In this document: positions 39,724 through 49,636 of the stretch, piece by piece
How the letters are laid out: the number at the start of each line of letters is the position of its first letter
How positions within the stretch are numbered: the first letter of the stretch is position 1
Origin: Gammaproteobacteria bacterium
GTDB lineage: Bacteria > Pseudomonadota > Gammaproteobacteria > CBDBNL01 > JAAOII01
DNA length: 64,000 nt
Reading direction: 5' to 3'
Assembly (NCBI GenBank): GCA_965209035.1
Contig: OZ242372.1
Location: 1,504,001 to 1,568,000, forward strand
Made by a program: the position numbers and the translations under genes
Notes under the pieces: model-generated
Seen by the model: the letters and a program-made list of their open reading frames with translations, nothing else
What the model was told of the DNA's origin: nothing
The model's database searches: none

Positions 39724-41033
39724 CGGGCCGACAGCCGGCTGATGTTTTTGCCCGGCGCCGAAAACATATTCTTAGGGGGATGCCGCGCGAATCCGCGCTG
39801 TTGCTTCTCGGTGTGACCGCCGAACAGACCGGCGATGCGCCCGTGCGACAGAACAGCGACTTTTATTATTTGAGCGGGTTTAATCAGACGGATGCGACTC
39901 TGCTACTCGTCAAACCCCAAAAAGGAAAAAGCGTTGAGATCCTTTTTTGTCGGCAGCCAAGCACGGCGGATATTCTTTGGCGAGGACGGTATCTTGCGCC
40001 GACAGAGGCGGCGCATCTGCATCGGTTTTCGATAGGCTATCCGATTTCCGAGTTGCGACAACATCTGCGGCGGGTATCGGCGGGCTGCTTTTACTATCCG
40101 ATTGGTCGGGATTCCAAAACCGACGAATGGGTCACCGACATGGCAAAGAATGCGGTCGACGGTCCCAAATGTCTGATGGACAGCGGCCAACTGCTGGATC
40201 CCATGCGGCTAATAAAAGACCGCACGGAAATATTACTGATTAAAGAAGCATCCCGCATTTCCATGGCAGCCCATCGCAGGGTGGCGGATAACCGCAACAA
40301 CTATTCGGCGGAATACGAAGCCGAAGCGGATTTGCTACACACCTATCGGCGGATGAACGCTCGGGTGGCATTTCATCCGATTGTGGCGGGCGGGGCGAAT
40401 GCCTGCGTTCTCCACTATATGCAAAACGATCGTCCTTATGACAAAAAACAGGTGTTGTTGGTTGACAGCGGGGCGGAATACGGACGCTATTGCTCGGACA
40501 TTACCAGAACCTATGTTCCGTCCCCACCCCCGTCCCAGCACATCAAAAATCTTGGGGGCAGCATCGAGGACAACATCGAAGACAACCCCGGGGACAACCC
40601 CGTCGGAGCGATTCATCGAGCGGTTCTCCGTGCCCTGCGGGCCGCTTGCGCTGCCGCAAAAATCGGAGCAACGCTCGAGCGAGTGCATCTGAGCGCGGTC
40701 AAGTGTCTCATTGCCGAGTTGGGGTCTTTGGGAATTATTAAGGACACACCCGCCGTGGCTCTTGCCAAAGGCACATACAAACGATACTTCCCGCATCGGA
40801 CTTCTCATTGGATCGGTCTGGATGTTCACGATGTCGGCGCCCGACAAGCATTGAGACCCGGGATGGTGTTTAGTGTTGAGCCGGGTCTTTACTTTGCCCC
40901 GGATGACGAGACGGTCGCCCCCAAGTGGCGCGGTATGGGTGTGCGGCTGGAAGATACTGTCCTGATGACCGACAAGGGCGCGGAAAACTTGACGGCGGAA
41001 CTTCCTTACGGCGGCGACAGGCAGCCAAGGTGA
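39705..41033 (+). CDS. pepP: Xaa-Pro aminopeptidase
   Basis: RQNSDFYYLSG, ACVLHY, DSGAE..YCSDITRT, HWIGLDVHD, VEPGLY, GVRLED. Confidence 0.93.
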   Translation: MTTSAGTGRQPADVFARRRKHILRGMPRESALLLLGVTAEQTGDAPVRQNSDFYYLSGFNQTDATLLLVKPQKGKSVEILFCRQPSTADILWRGRYLAPTEAAHLHRFSIGYPISELRQHLRRVSAGCFYYPIGRDSKTDEWVTDMAKNAVDGPKCLMDSGQLLDPMRLIKDRTEILLIKEASRISMAAHRRVADNRNNYSAEYEAEADLLHTYRRMNARVAFHPIVAGGANACVLHYMQNDRPYDKKQVLLVDSGAEYGRYCSDITRTYVPSPPPSQHIKNLGGSIEDNIEDNPGDNPVGAIHRAVLRALRAACAAAKIGATLERVHLSAVKCLIAELGSLGIIKDTPAVALAKGTYKRYFPHRTSHWIGLDVHDVGARQALRPGMVFSVEPGLYFAPDDETVAPKWRGMGVRLEDTVLMTDKGAENLTAELPYGGDRQPR

Positions 41034-41099
41034 AAGCGATGCCGTCTAGCCCGACTGGTTCGTCTAGCCCACATAGCCCACATAGCCCACATAGCCCAT

Positions 41100-42422
41100 A
41101 TGACGCCCGCAATCACGAACACCGCGAACACCATGATCACACATGATCACCACGAATACAAGGAGAAGCAAGTTTACGATATTTTAATTGCCGGCGGCGG
41201 TCTGACGGGGGCCGCAGCCTACTGTGCTTTGGCGACGGTTGTGCGAGAACAAAAACTCACGATGGCACTTTGTGAAAGGCATTCCGTCCATGCCAACGCC
41301 GCCGCACAGGATCAGAGAGTGCTGGCGTTGGGCCGCGGGGCGGTCAGTATCCTGCAAGAATGGGGGCTGTGGGAGCAGATCCGCGCATACGCGCACCCGG
41401 TTTCTTCAATGGCATTTTTCTTGGCAGACAGGACCACAGTCATTGACGCCCGCCAACTGGGTTGGGATGCCTGGGGCTGGACCATCCCGCATTCCCGGAT
41501 GATGCAAGTTTTAATGGAGCGGGTTGCCGCACTTGCCAAAGAAGACAACCGCTTGGATCTGTGCGCTCCTTTTTGCATAGAAGATTTTCAACTGACCGCC
41601 AACGGGATGCGGCTGACGGATAAGAAACGGCACAGTGCGCTCGCGGCACGCCTGGTGCTTTCGGCCGAAGGAGCCAAGGGTGTGCTTTCCGCGGGCATGC
41701 AAGTCAAGAGGACATTTTTACGCGAAGAATATCCGTCCGATGCCGCCGCAAAGACAGCCGTTTCGGCGGGCGTATCAGCCAAGGGCGTTTCTCCGAACAG
41801 CGGCTACTGGTTTTGGAATACGGACGGCGGCGGTGGTGTTCTTGCTCTCATCCCTTATAAAAATGCAGAGAACGAGGTTGCCCGAACATCGGTTTTTTTA
41901 CCCCCCTGGCAAAAAAAAGAGCAAGAGCAAGAGCAAGAGAAAGAGAAAGAGAAAGTGCAAACGAAACCGGATGATTATTTAAAGCATCTTACCCGTTTCA
42001 GTCGCGGGATGATTGATGACCTCACGAGCGAACCCGGTACATTTTTAATAGAATCTTATAAAACCGAAGAACGATTAAAAGGACCTCTTTTGTTGCTGGG
42101 AGACGCCGCCCATCGGATGACCCCCCTGGGCGGACAAGGTTATAATCTCACACTTTGGACTCTGGAAAAACTAAGACAGGCATTTGAACAACGCCCCGTC
42201 ACCGGGGAAAAAGAATTTCCGGCAAACCGCTCTTTCTTATTGGATTACATTATTCAAACCCAGCCGACCATAGACCGACGGTATGATCTCGTCCGGTTGG
42301 CGGCGGACGGTTTGGCGGATCGCCGCGCCGCTGTTGAAAAACTGACCCGGCTATTTTCCGGTCTGCCTTCGGTTGCCGCTGTCTGCTTGGACTTTGCAGT
42401 CGGGTTGGATGCCGACCTTTAA
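41100..42422 (+). CDS. UbiH/UbiI-like FAD-dependent hydroxylase
   Basis: IAGGGLTG, SAEGA, LLGDAAH..PLGGQGYNL; pepP-ubiH synteny. Confidence 0.8.
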   Translation: MTPAITNTANTMITHDHHEYKEKQVYDILIAGGGLTGAAAYCALATVVREQKLTMALCERHSVHANAAAQDQRVLALGRGAVSILQEWGLWEQIRAYAHPVSSMAFFLADRTTVIDARQLGWDAWGWTIPHSRMMQVLMERVAALAKEDNRLDLCAPFCIEDFQLTANGMRLTDKKRHSALAARLVLSAEGAKGVLSAGMQVKRTFLREEYPSDAAAKTAVSAGVSAKGVSPNSGYWFWNTDGGGGVLALIPYKNAENEVARTSVFLPPWQKKEQEQEQEKEKEKVQTKPDDYLKHLTRFSRGMIDDLTSEPGTFLIESYKTEERLKGPLLLLGDAAHRMTPLGGQGYNLTLWTLEKLRQAFEQRPVTGEKEFPANRSFLLDYIIQTQPTIDRRYDLVRLAADGLADRRAAVEKLTRLFSGLPSVAAVCLDFAVGLDADL

Positions 42423-42870
42423 TGGCTCTTTTTTGTCGGACTACATTATTCAAATTCAAGCCCAGCCGGCTATAGGCAGACCGGAGACCGCCGGTATGCT
42501 CTTGTCCGGTTGGCTGCGGACGGTTTGGCGGGTCGCCGCGCCGCTGTTGAAAAACTGACCCGACTATTTTCCGGTCTGCCTTCGGTTGCCGCTGTCTGCT
42601 TGGGCGGTTGGGCTGGGCGGTTGGGCTGGATGCCGACCTTTAATCGTTCTTTTTTATCGGACTACATTATTCAAATTCAAACCCAGCCGGCTATAGGCAG
42701 ACCGGAGACCGACGGTATGCTCTTGTCCGGTTGGCAGCGGACGGTTTGGCGGGCCGCCGCGCCGCTGTTGAAAAACTGACCCGACTATTTTCCGGTCTGC
42801 CTTCGGTTGCCGCTGTTTGTTTGGACTTTGCGGTTGGGATGGGCGGTTGGGCTGGATGCCGACCTTTAAT
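42229..42870 (+). repeat. Three copies (gene plus two) of the last ~195 bp of the ubiH-like gene
   Basis: GAYTACATTATTCAAA...GCCGCTGTTGAAAAACTGACCCG...GGATGCCGACCTTTAAT ending 42423, 42644, 42870. Confidence 0.95.
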
Positions 42871-42939
42871 GGCGGCCGGAATTTTTTCTTCTCTTATATA
42901 AACTATAAACAGGCAGTATAACCAGCCCTTTGGCTGTTA

Positions 42940-43695
42940 TTAGCGGACTGTAATACCCGCCGAACGCATATGCTCTTTTGCTTCGCCGATAGAATAATGC
43001 CCAAAATGAAACATCCCCGCCGCCAGGACGGCATCCGCCTTGCCTTGTAATATCCCTTCCGCCAGATGTTGCGGGGTGCCCGCACCGCCGGAGGCGATCA
43101 CCGGCACCGGCACCGCCTCGCTGACGGCACGCACCAACGGGATATTAAAACCGCCCGATGTGCCGTCGCTATCCATGCAGGTTAGCAGAATTTCGCCCGC
43201 GCCCAGATCGCAAAGACGGCGCGCCCATTCGATGGCATCCAACCCGGTCGGCTTTCTGCCGCCGTGGGTGAAGACCTCCCATTTGCCCGTGCCGACCTGT
43301 TTGGCATCTATGGCGGCGACGATGCATTGGGTGCCGAAACTTTGCGCGGCCGCGCGCACAAACTCCGGGTTCGCCACGGCGGCGGTGTTGATGCTGACCT
43401 TGTCGGCGCCGACGCGCAGCAGGGCGCGAATGTCTGCCAGTTCGGAGATGCCGCCGCCCACCAGCAACGGAATGAATACTTGGGTGGCAATTCTGTCTAT
43501 GAGATCTACGGTCGTTTTACGGCCTTCGTGGCTGGCGGAAATGTCCAGAACAGCCAACTCGTCCGCATTCTGTTCGCCGTAGCGGGCGGCAACTTCCGCG
43601 GGGTCGCCGGCATCGCGCAGGTTTTGAAAACGCACCCCCTTGCGGACACGCCCGCAATCCACATCCAGGCAGGGGATTAATCGGCTTGCCAGCAT
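42940..43695 (-). CDS. hisF: Imidazole glycerol phosphate synthase cyclase
   Basis: [34 protein letters not shown]. Confidence 0.97.
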   Translation of the reverse strand: MLASRLIPCLDVDCGRVRKGVRFQNLRDAGDPAEVAARYGEQNADELAVLDISASHEGRKTTVDLIDRIATQVFIPLLVGGGISELADIRALLRVGADKVSINTAAVANPEFVRAAAQSFGTQCIVAAIDAKQVGTGKWEVFTHGGRKPTGLDAIEWARRLCDLGAGEILLTCMDSDGTSGGFNIPLVRAVSEAVPVPVIASGGAGTPQHLAEGILQGKADAVLAAGMFHFGHYSIGEAKEHMRSAGITVR

Positions 43696-43698
43696 CTT

Positions 43699-44448
43699 TT
43701 ATGTAGCCGCGGTTAACTGTAAGGCTTCTTTTAAGTTCAGGGTGTTCTCGTAAAGGGACTTGCCGCAGATAACACCCGCCACGATCTTTGATGCCAGCAA
43801 GGTTTGGAGGTCGGCAATTTTATGCACACCGCCGGCCGCGATAATAGGTAAGGACGACATCCCCCGCAGTCGGGCGAAAGGTTCGGCGCGTATTCCCGCA
43901 AGCGTGCCGTCGCGCGCAATGTCTGTCATGACCAGGCCGGCAAGGGGCGCGTCCGCGTATCGTTTTAGGATGTCGCCGACATCCGTTTCGGCTTTTTCCG
44001 TCCAGCCTTCAAGGCACAGTCGGTCGTCGGCAACATCCAAACTCAGATACACCCTTTGCGGAAACCTTGCCGCAAGTTGGCACACAGCCGCCGGATCACG
44101 AATCGCCCAGGTGCCGACAATAATGTAATCCGCCCCGCAAGTATCCAAGTAGTGCGCGGCGGTGTCCTCGTCGCGAATCCCGCCGCCGACCTGGACGCGG
44201 ACAGCGGACGGGTTGGCTTGGCGGTGTGCGCGTATGTGCCGCGTGAGACGACAAATCAGTTCGCGATGATTGCCGGTGCCGACCGCCGCGTTCAAATCAA
44301 CCAGATGCAAGCGGCTTGCACCCTCGCTTATCCAATGGTCGGCACAGGCAAACGAATCCGAAAAGTAGGTGTGTGCCGTCTCCATTTTCCCAAGTTTCAG
44401 ACGGACACATTTCCCGTCTTTAATGTCTATGGCAGGGATTACGAGCAT
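43699..44448 (-). CDS. hisA: ProFAR isomerase
   Basis: IPAIDIKDGKCVRL, HLVDL, QVGGGIR, TDIARDG. Confidence 0.95.
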   Translation of the reverse strand: MLVIPAIDIKDGKCVRLKLGKMETAHTYFSDSFACADHWISEGASRLHLVDLNAAVGTGNHRELICRLTRHIRAHRQANPSAVRVQVGGGIRDEDTAAHYLDTCGADYIIVGTWAIRDPAAVCQLAARFPQRVYLSLDVADDRLCLEGWTEKAETDVGDILKRYADAPLAGLVMTDIARDGTLAGIRAEPFARLRGMSSLPIIAAGGVHKIADLQTLLASKIVAGVICGKSLYENTLNLKEALQLTAAT

Positions 44449-44468
44449 ACGGGTATCTGAATTGCCGG

Positions 44469-45134
44469 CTATGCCGCGGCACCTTGCCAGCGGATGAAAT
44501 TCTTTAACAGTTGCAGACCGTCTTTGTGGCTCTTCTCCGGGTGAAACTGCACCGCGAAGATATAACCGCTTTGCACGGCGGCATCAAACTCCGTCGCATA
44601 AACACAGGTTCCCGCACGCAGGTCTCTGTCATCGGCTTCGCAGTAATAACTGTGAACAAAATAAAATCTGCTGTCTTGAGCAATCCCGTGCCACATATTC
44701 GTTTTGGGTGATTCCGAATGATCCGGATGCTTCGGCTTCGAATGACGAACACAATTCCAACCCATATGCGGAATTTTAAGATTGCGGTCGGTCGGTGTCA
44801 GCCGTCGCACTCTGCCGGCAATGATGCCGATGCCGCGCGTGGCGGTGTCTTCTTCATTTTCGCCAAAAAGTGCTTGCATGCCGACACAGATCGCCAAAAG
44901 CGGTTTCTCTTTGGCGGTTTGGCGAATTGCCGCATCCATACCCGTTTCCCTGAGTTTTTGCATACAATCGCGAATCGCCCCCACCCCCGGAAACACCACC
45001 CGATCCGCATTGGCGATATCGGCGGGATTCTGTGATGTCATAATGTGACTTTGCGGCGCCACATAACGCAATGCCTTGTCGATGGAATGGATATTGCCCA
45101 TTCCGTAGTCGGCTATGACGATCTGTTGCCGCAC
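44469..45134 (-). CDS. hisH: Imidazole glycerol phosphate synthase glutaminase
   Basis: DYGMGN, PGVGA, ICVGMQ, PHMGWN, QFHPEKS. Confidence 0.96.
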   Translation of the reverse strand: MRQQIVIADYGMGNIHSIDKALRYVAPQSHIMTSQNPADIANADRVVFPGVGAIRDCMQKLRETGMDAAIRQTAKEKPLLAICVGMQALFGENEEDTATRGIGIIAGRVRRLTPTDRNLKIPHMGWNCVRHSKPKHPDHSESPKTNMWHGIAQDSRFYFVHSYYCEADDRDLRAGTCVYATEFDAAVQSGYIFAVQFHPEKSHKDGLQLLKNFIRWQGAAA

Positions 45135-46087
45135 TATTGCTTACCGCAAAGAATTTCCGCTTCGGTAATGGCGGCTGCCGCGGGATCCCCCGTGCCGTCC
45201 CTTGTCAGTTGCCGCATACCGGTCGGGCAGGTGATGTTAATTTCGCTGAGCATCCCGTCTATGATATCCAGTCCGGCAAGGAAGATCTCGCGCTCGCGGA
45301 TCATCGGCAGCACACGCTCGCAGATTTTTTTCTCCTTTGTGCCGAGTGCCTCCACTCGGTAGCCGCCGCCCGCCCCCAGATTGGAACGAAAGTCTCCCTG
45401 TTGCGGAATACGCACCAGCATTTCCGGGTGGGGTTTGCCGTTGATGAGCAGGACGCGCCTGTCGCCTTCTGTCAGCACCGAAGGCAAGTAGCGTTGTCCC
45501 ATGATCGGTCGGCTGCCGCCTTCGGTCATGCTTTGAATGAGCGAACGCAGATTCAGGTCATCCCGGTTGAGAACGAACACACCCTTGCCGATGCTGCCGT
45601 CCAGCGGCTTAAGCACACAGCCGCGATGTTTCCTATGGAATGCCGTCAACTCCGCTTCGTCTTTGGTGATCACATGTTCCGGCATGATGTCGGCAAAGTG
45701 CGTGGCAAAGATTTTTTCGTTCAGACTGCGCAGGCTGTCCGGCGGATTCAATATGAGCGGGCGATCCTTTTTGTGCAGGTCCAAAAAATGTGTGACATGT
45801 AAAAAATCGATATCCACGGGCGGTTCCAAGCGCAGAAAAATCAAGTCGTAATCGTCCGGTGTTGTGATGCGCGCCGCCTCGGTTTGAAGCCATTTTTTCG
45901 GGTCATCATAAACTTGCGTGCGCCGCGCCCGAAACATCACCTTTCCGTCGCGCACAAGAAGATCTGCTTTCTCCGAATAGTCCGTTTGCCAGCCGCGGGC
46001 TTGGGCGGCAAGCATCAAAGCCAGCGTGCTGTCTCCGCCGACATTAATGTTGGCAAGAGAATCCGAAATGAAGATGGCTCGCAGCAC
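45134..46087 (-). CDS. gshB: Glutathione synthetase
   Basis: DSTLALM, NEKIF, LKPLDG, EGDRR, FRSNLGAGG, SEINITCPTG. Confidence 0.93.
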   Translation of the reverse strand: MLRAIFISDSLANINVGGDSTLALMLAAQARGWQTDYSEKADLLVRDGKVMFRARRTQVYDDPKKWLQTEAARITTPDDYDLIFLRLEPPVDIDFLHVTHFLDLHKKDRPLILNPPDSLRSLNEKIFATHFADIMPEHVITKDEAELTAFHRKHRGCVLKPLDGSIGKGVFVLNRDDLNLRSLIQSMTEGGSRPIMGQRYLPSVLTEGDRRVLLINGKPHPEMLVRIPQQGDFRSNLGAGGGYRVEALGTKEKKICERVLPMIREREIFLAGLDIIDGMLSEINITCPTGMRQLTRDGTGDPAAAAITEAEILCGKQ

Positions 46088-46156
46088 TGAGAGCGGTTTG
46101 GAAATTAGAGAGGTATTTTTTTTAGGCGGATGACGGGTGGCGAAACCGAAAAGCGG

Positions 46157-46723
46157 TTATTCCGCCCGCCCCAGATATTCGCCGCTGCGAGTATTCACCC
46201 GCACCTTTTCGCCGGACTGAACAAACAGAGGGATGCGGATGCGCGCGCCCGTTGCCAGAATTGCCGGCTTGGAACCTCCTTGAACCGTATTCCCTTTGTG
46301 GCCCGAATCGGTTTCCGCCACTTCAATTTCGATGATTTGCGGAGGATCCACCGAAATCGCTTTGCCGTTGTAAAGGAGAACCTGACAGACTGCTTCTTCC
46401 GTCAGCCATTGGGTCTCCTCTTTAAGGATATCGCCGGCAACGGCAAACTGTTCATAGGAACCGTCCGTTTTCATAAAATGCCACAGTACACCGTCGTTGT
46501 AAAGATACTGCGCGTCTGTCTGCACCACATCGGCCTTGTCTAACTTCTCGCCGGAACGCAAAGTTTTGTCAAAAACACTGCCGTTAAAGAGGTTGCGGAA
46601 TTTTAGCCGATACACCGCTTGGCCTTTCCCCGGCTTGTGGAACTCGCTGCTGATGACGCTATAAGGCACTTCGTCAATCAGAACCTTCACGCCTTCTTTG
46701 AGTTCGTTTGTTGAATATCGCAT
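46157..46723 (-). CDS. efp: Elongation factor P
   Basis: HKPGKGQA, KPAILATG, VNTRSGEY. Confidence 0.95.
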   Translation of the reverse strand: MRYSTNELKEGVKVLIDEVPYSVISSEFHKPGKGQAVYRLKFRNLFNGSVFDKTLRSGEKLDKADVVQTDAQYLYNDGVLWHFMKTDGSYEQFAVAGDILKEETQWLTEEAVCQVLLYNGKAISVDPPQIIEIEVAETDSGHKGNTVQGGSKPAILATGARIRIPLFVQSGEKVRVNTRSGEYLGRAE

Positions 46724-46788
46724 AATCTGTGTTGCTTTTCTTTTCCTTTATTTGTGTTGTTAAGGGTTGTTAAACTGATGCCCGCATT

Positions 46789-47613
46789 TTAGGATGCTCG
46801 CGCTCTGCCTTCGGTGTTACCCTCTTCGGCTTCTTCGAGAATCTGCGGGTAAGGAAAATCGTAACCCAGCAGTTGCTTGAGTATCGGCGTGGCTTTGTCC
46901 AGCACCGACTGTTTGACACCGCGCTTCTGATCTTCCATCGGCTTCACAAACTTCGGCAGATACTGAATCAGGACGCCGGTTCTGTCGTGATCGCTGTTGT
47001 TCGGCATCGCACCATGCCACGCCATACCGTAGAAGACCGCCACATCGCCGGGCTTGCCGGTAATCCGCACTGATTCGTTACGGAACTTTTTGGCATCCTC
47101 TTCGTCCGGATACTTGTTCCACTTCTGTGACCCCGGCAAGATGGCCGTGGCACCGCTGAGTTCCGTGAAGTCGTCCAGAATCACGGTCACCTGGCAGTTG
47201 AGCGGGAAACTCGGATTCATATTATGGGGGAAACTTTCGGGTTTATACATATCCCAGTAAGGATAGTCAATGTGCGGCTCCTGACCCGGACCGCCCGGCA
47301 GAATGCGGTTGGCGGCAATAGAGCCAAGGCAGAACTCCGTCCCCAGAAAGCCCTTCATAATTTCCACCACCTGCGGATGTTGAACCATATCCGCAAACAC
47401 ATCGCCCTTGTTGAGAAGGTTCCAGACCCGGCGTTGCAGTTTGGCCTTGCCCTCGTTGCCCCCTTGAAAGTGAGTGACCCCGCTCGCTTCCCGGTTGCTG
47501 TGCTCCATGATAATATCCCGCGCTGCTTTGACCTGTTGTGCGTCAAATAATTGCGGCAAAACAAAGAACCCCTTGCCCTCTGTCAATTCGTTAATGTAGT
47601 CCGGTGTGTCCAT
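46789..47613 (-). CDS. Phytanoyl-CoA dioxygenase (PhyH) family Fe/2OG enzyme
   Basis: HID (HxD), LDDFT..GAT..PGS, WHG, R motif. Confidence 0.88.
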   Translation of the reverse strand: MDTPDYINELTEGKGFFVLPQLFDAQQVKAARDIIMEHSNREASGVTHFQGGNEGKAKLQRRVWNLLNKGDVFADMVQHPQVVEIMKGFLGTEFCLGSIAANRILPGGPGQEPHIDYPYWDMYKPESFPHNMNPSFPLNCQVTVILDDFTELSGATAILPGSQKWNKYPDEEDAKKFRNESVRITGKPGDVAVFYGMAWHGAMPNNSDHDRTGVLIQYLPKFVKPMEDQKRGVKQSVLDKATPILKQLLGYDFPYPQILEEAEEGNTEGRARAS

Positions 47614-47821
47614 AATTTTTCCTCTTATTTTTTGTTTAAATAAAAATGATTAGTTACTTTTATTTTACACTGATTTGGATATTGGGTGGCTGGTTGCGGC
47701 TTATATCTGTTGACCGGAGAATTTCGAAAAAGTTGGGCGTTTTATTATCTTCGTGTGAGATGCCTTCTAACGGATTTAGATACAAACATGAAAAATGTCT
47801 AGGAATATGAAATTATATAGT

Positions 47822-49636
47822 TCAGTAAATCACTTTCACGGTTTCTCTATTTAATCCTAATAAGTTTAGCCATTTTTCAAGATTGATATCCGCGTAGCCA
47901 TCAATATAAATGCGATGGTTTGCAAACTCCTTCAGTGAAGATTTACATTGACCCAGTACAAAATAAGAATTACCTACTTTGTATAGTAAGTCCTCTTCTA
48001 TTTCTTTTATTGATTCTGTAAGTAGCACTTCTCCAGATGCTGCCATCATGTTATAAAGAGTATCCGCTGGTGTAAAGCGGTTAATTTGTAACTTTAATGA
48101 TCCAGTATCTGCCTCTTGTAATTGAGGACGATCAATTAAGGAAAATACTTTATAATCGGTATCTAAATCTTCTGCCAACATACCGGCCTCCTTCAAAATT
48201 TTATGTCCCGCCCTTCTGACACGCTCTATACAAATAGAAGATATAAAAGGATCTAGTTTATTTGATATACAAAAATCGTGTGCCTCTTTGTTCTTTTGAG
48301 GGTCAATTTTTTCATCCGACTGCACCAAAATAAATTTACGGTTTCCTCCGTCTTCTTTGTTCTGTTTCATTACAGCATGGGCAGTTGTTCCACTGCCTGC
48401 GAAGAAGTCTAATATAAAAAAATCTTTGTCAGGAGTTGCTTTTATGAATTTTTTAATTAAGTCAACAGGTTTAGGAAAGTCCATGACCTTAATATTATCA
48501 AACAGTTTCTTTAACTTGTTGGTGGCAGTTTCTGTTTGATACGGTCCTAAGTGTGATGTTATAGGCAGATATGGATTTTGATACTCATGGGGATATTTTT
48601 TCTGTCTTGGTGTTCCTGACTTATCTTTTGGGAAAATAATTCGTTTTTCTTTGATCATCTTTTCTATACGTGATCTTGAAAGTGCCCATTTTTTATGAAA
48701 CTTATTACCAGTATCAGGATCAGTAATTGTAAATTCGGATCTCGTAGGTACTGTAGACTTCATATTATCCGCTTTCCAAGGGCCTTGGGGATCATTATCC
48801 GGATTTGAGAACCCGGTAAGGCCTCTGTCCTTTCCTACGAAATACGTGTTATTGTTTTTTGCATAGCACAAAATATACTCATGATTCGCAACAACACCAG
48901 TTTTTGGTGGAACGCCTTTGGGAGCAGTTTTGGTCACCCAAGTGAATGTTGTAATAAAATTGGGTTCTCCAAAAATTTCAGAACACATTAATTTTAAATT
49001 TGCCATTTCCTTATCATCTATAGAAATAAGAATAACCCCGTTATCTGTTAATAGCTCTCTTGCTAACTTTAATCTTGGGTACATTGCAAACATCCAGCCT
49101 GAGTGATTAAGAGAACCGAACATATTCTCAAAAAAATCTTGTGCCTCTGGGTCTATATCGTAATCTTCGATTAGCTGCTTTTCATTCACTTTAAAACTAT
49201 CTTTATAAATGAAATTGGCATTTTCGGTATTGTATGGAGGATCAATGTAGATCATCTGAATCTTGTTTGTATAATTTTGCCGCAATATTTTTAAGACATC
49301 CAGGTTATCACCGCGAATAATAGTATTTTTAGTTTTATCGAAGTTGCTTGATAGCTTTCGCTCTATTCTCAACTCTTTATTCGTAGAAATATCTGCTTGG
49401 GCATTTGCCAGACCCTTACCGGCAAAGTTCAATAAATATCCTTGTTTGGAAGATATAAGATTGTCTTGGCCTAAAAAGTCTTTTAATGCATCGACATCTA
49501 ATTTGTCATCTCCGTTAACCAACCCGGGAAGAATTTGACGAATCTGTTTGAGTTTGGTAACCTTATCATCGACAATAGTTTCTGAAGAATCTATGACCCC
49601 GTAACCGGCTTTTTTTGTACTTTTTTTATCTAACAT
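47822..49636 (-). CDS. Type III restriction-modification methyltransferase (Mod)
   Basis: GDNLDVL, YIDPPYN, FPKPV, LDFFAGSGTT, RKFILVQ. Confidence 0.93.
   Translation of the reverse strand: MLDKKSTKKAGYGVIDSSETIVDDKVTKLKQIRQILPGLVNGDDKLDVDALKDFLGQDNLISSKQGYLLNFAGKGLANAQADISTNKELRIERKLSSNFDKTKNTIIRGDNLDVLKILRQNYTNKIQMIYIDPPYNTENANFIYKDSFKVNEKQLIEDYDIDPEAQDFFENMFGSLNHSGWMFAMYPRLKLARELLTDNGVILISIDDKEMANLKLMCSEIFGEPNFITTFTWVTKTAPKGVPPKTGVVANHEYILCYAKNNNTYFVGKDRGLTGFSNPDNDPQGPWKADNMKSTVPTRSEFTITDPDTGNKFHKKWALSRSRIEKMIKEKRIIFPKDKSGTPRQKKYPHEYQNPYLPITSHLGPYQTETATNKLKKLFDNIKVMDFPKPVDLIKKFIKATPDKDFFILDFFAGSGTTAHAVMKQNKEDGGNRKFILVQSDEKIDPQKNKEAHDFCISNKLDPFISSICIERVRRAGHKILKEAGMLAEDLDTDYKVFSLIDRPQLQEADTGSLKLQINRFTPADTLYNMMAASGEVLLTESIKEIEEDLLYKVGNSYFVLGQCKSSLKEFANHRIYIDGYADINLEKWLNLLGLNRETVKVIY

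Noticed and set aside
47822-49636. Phase-variable mod (phasevarion)
   Set aside because: No simple-sequence repeat tract seen in the ORF beyond short A runs expected at this low GC.
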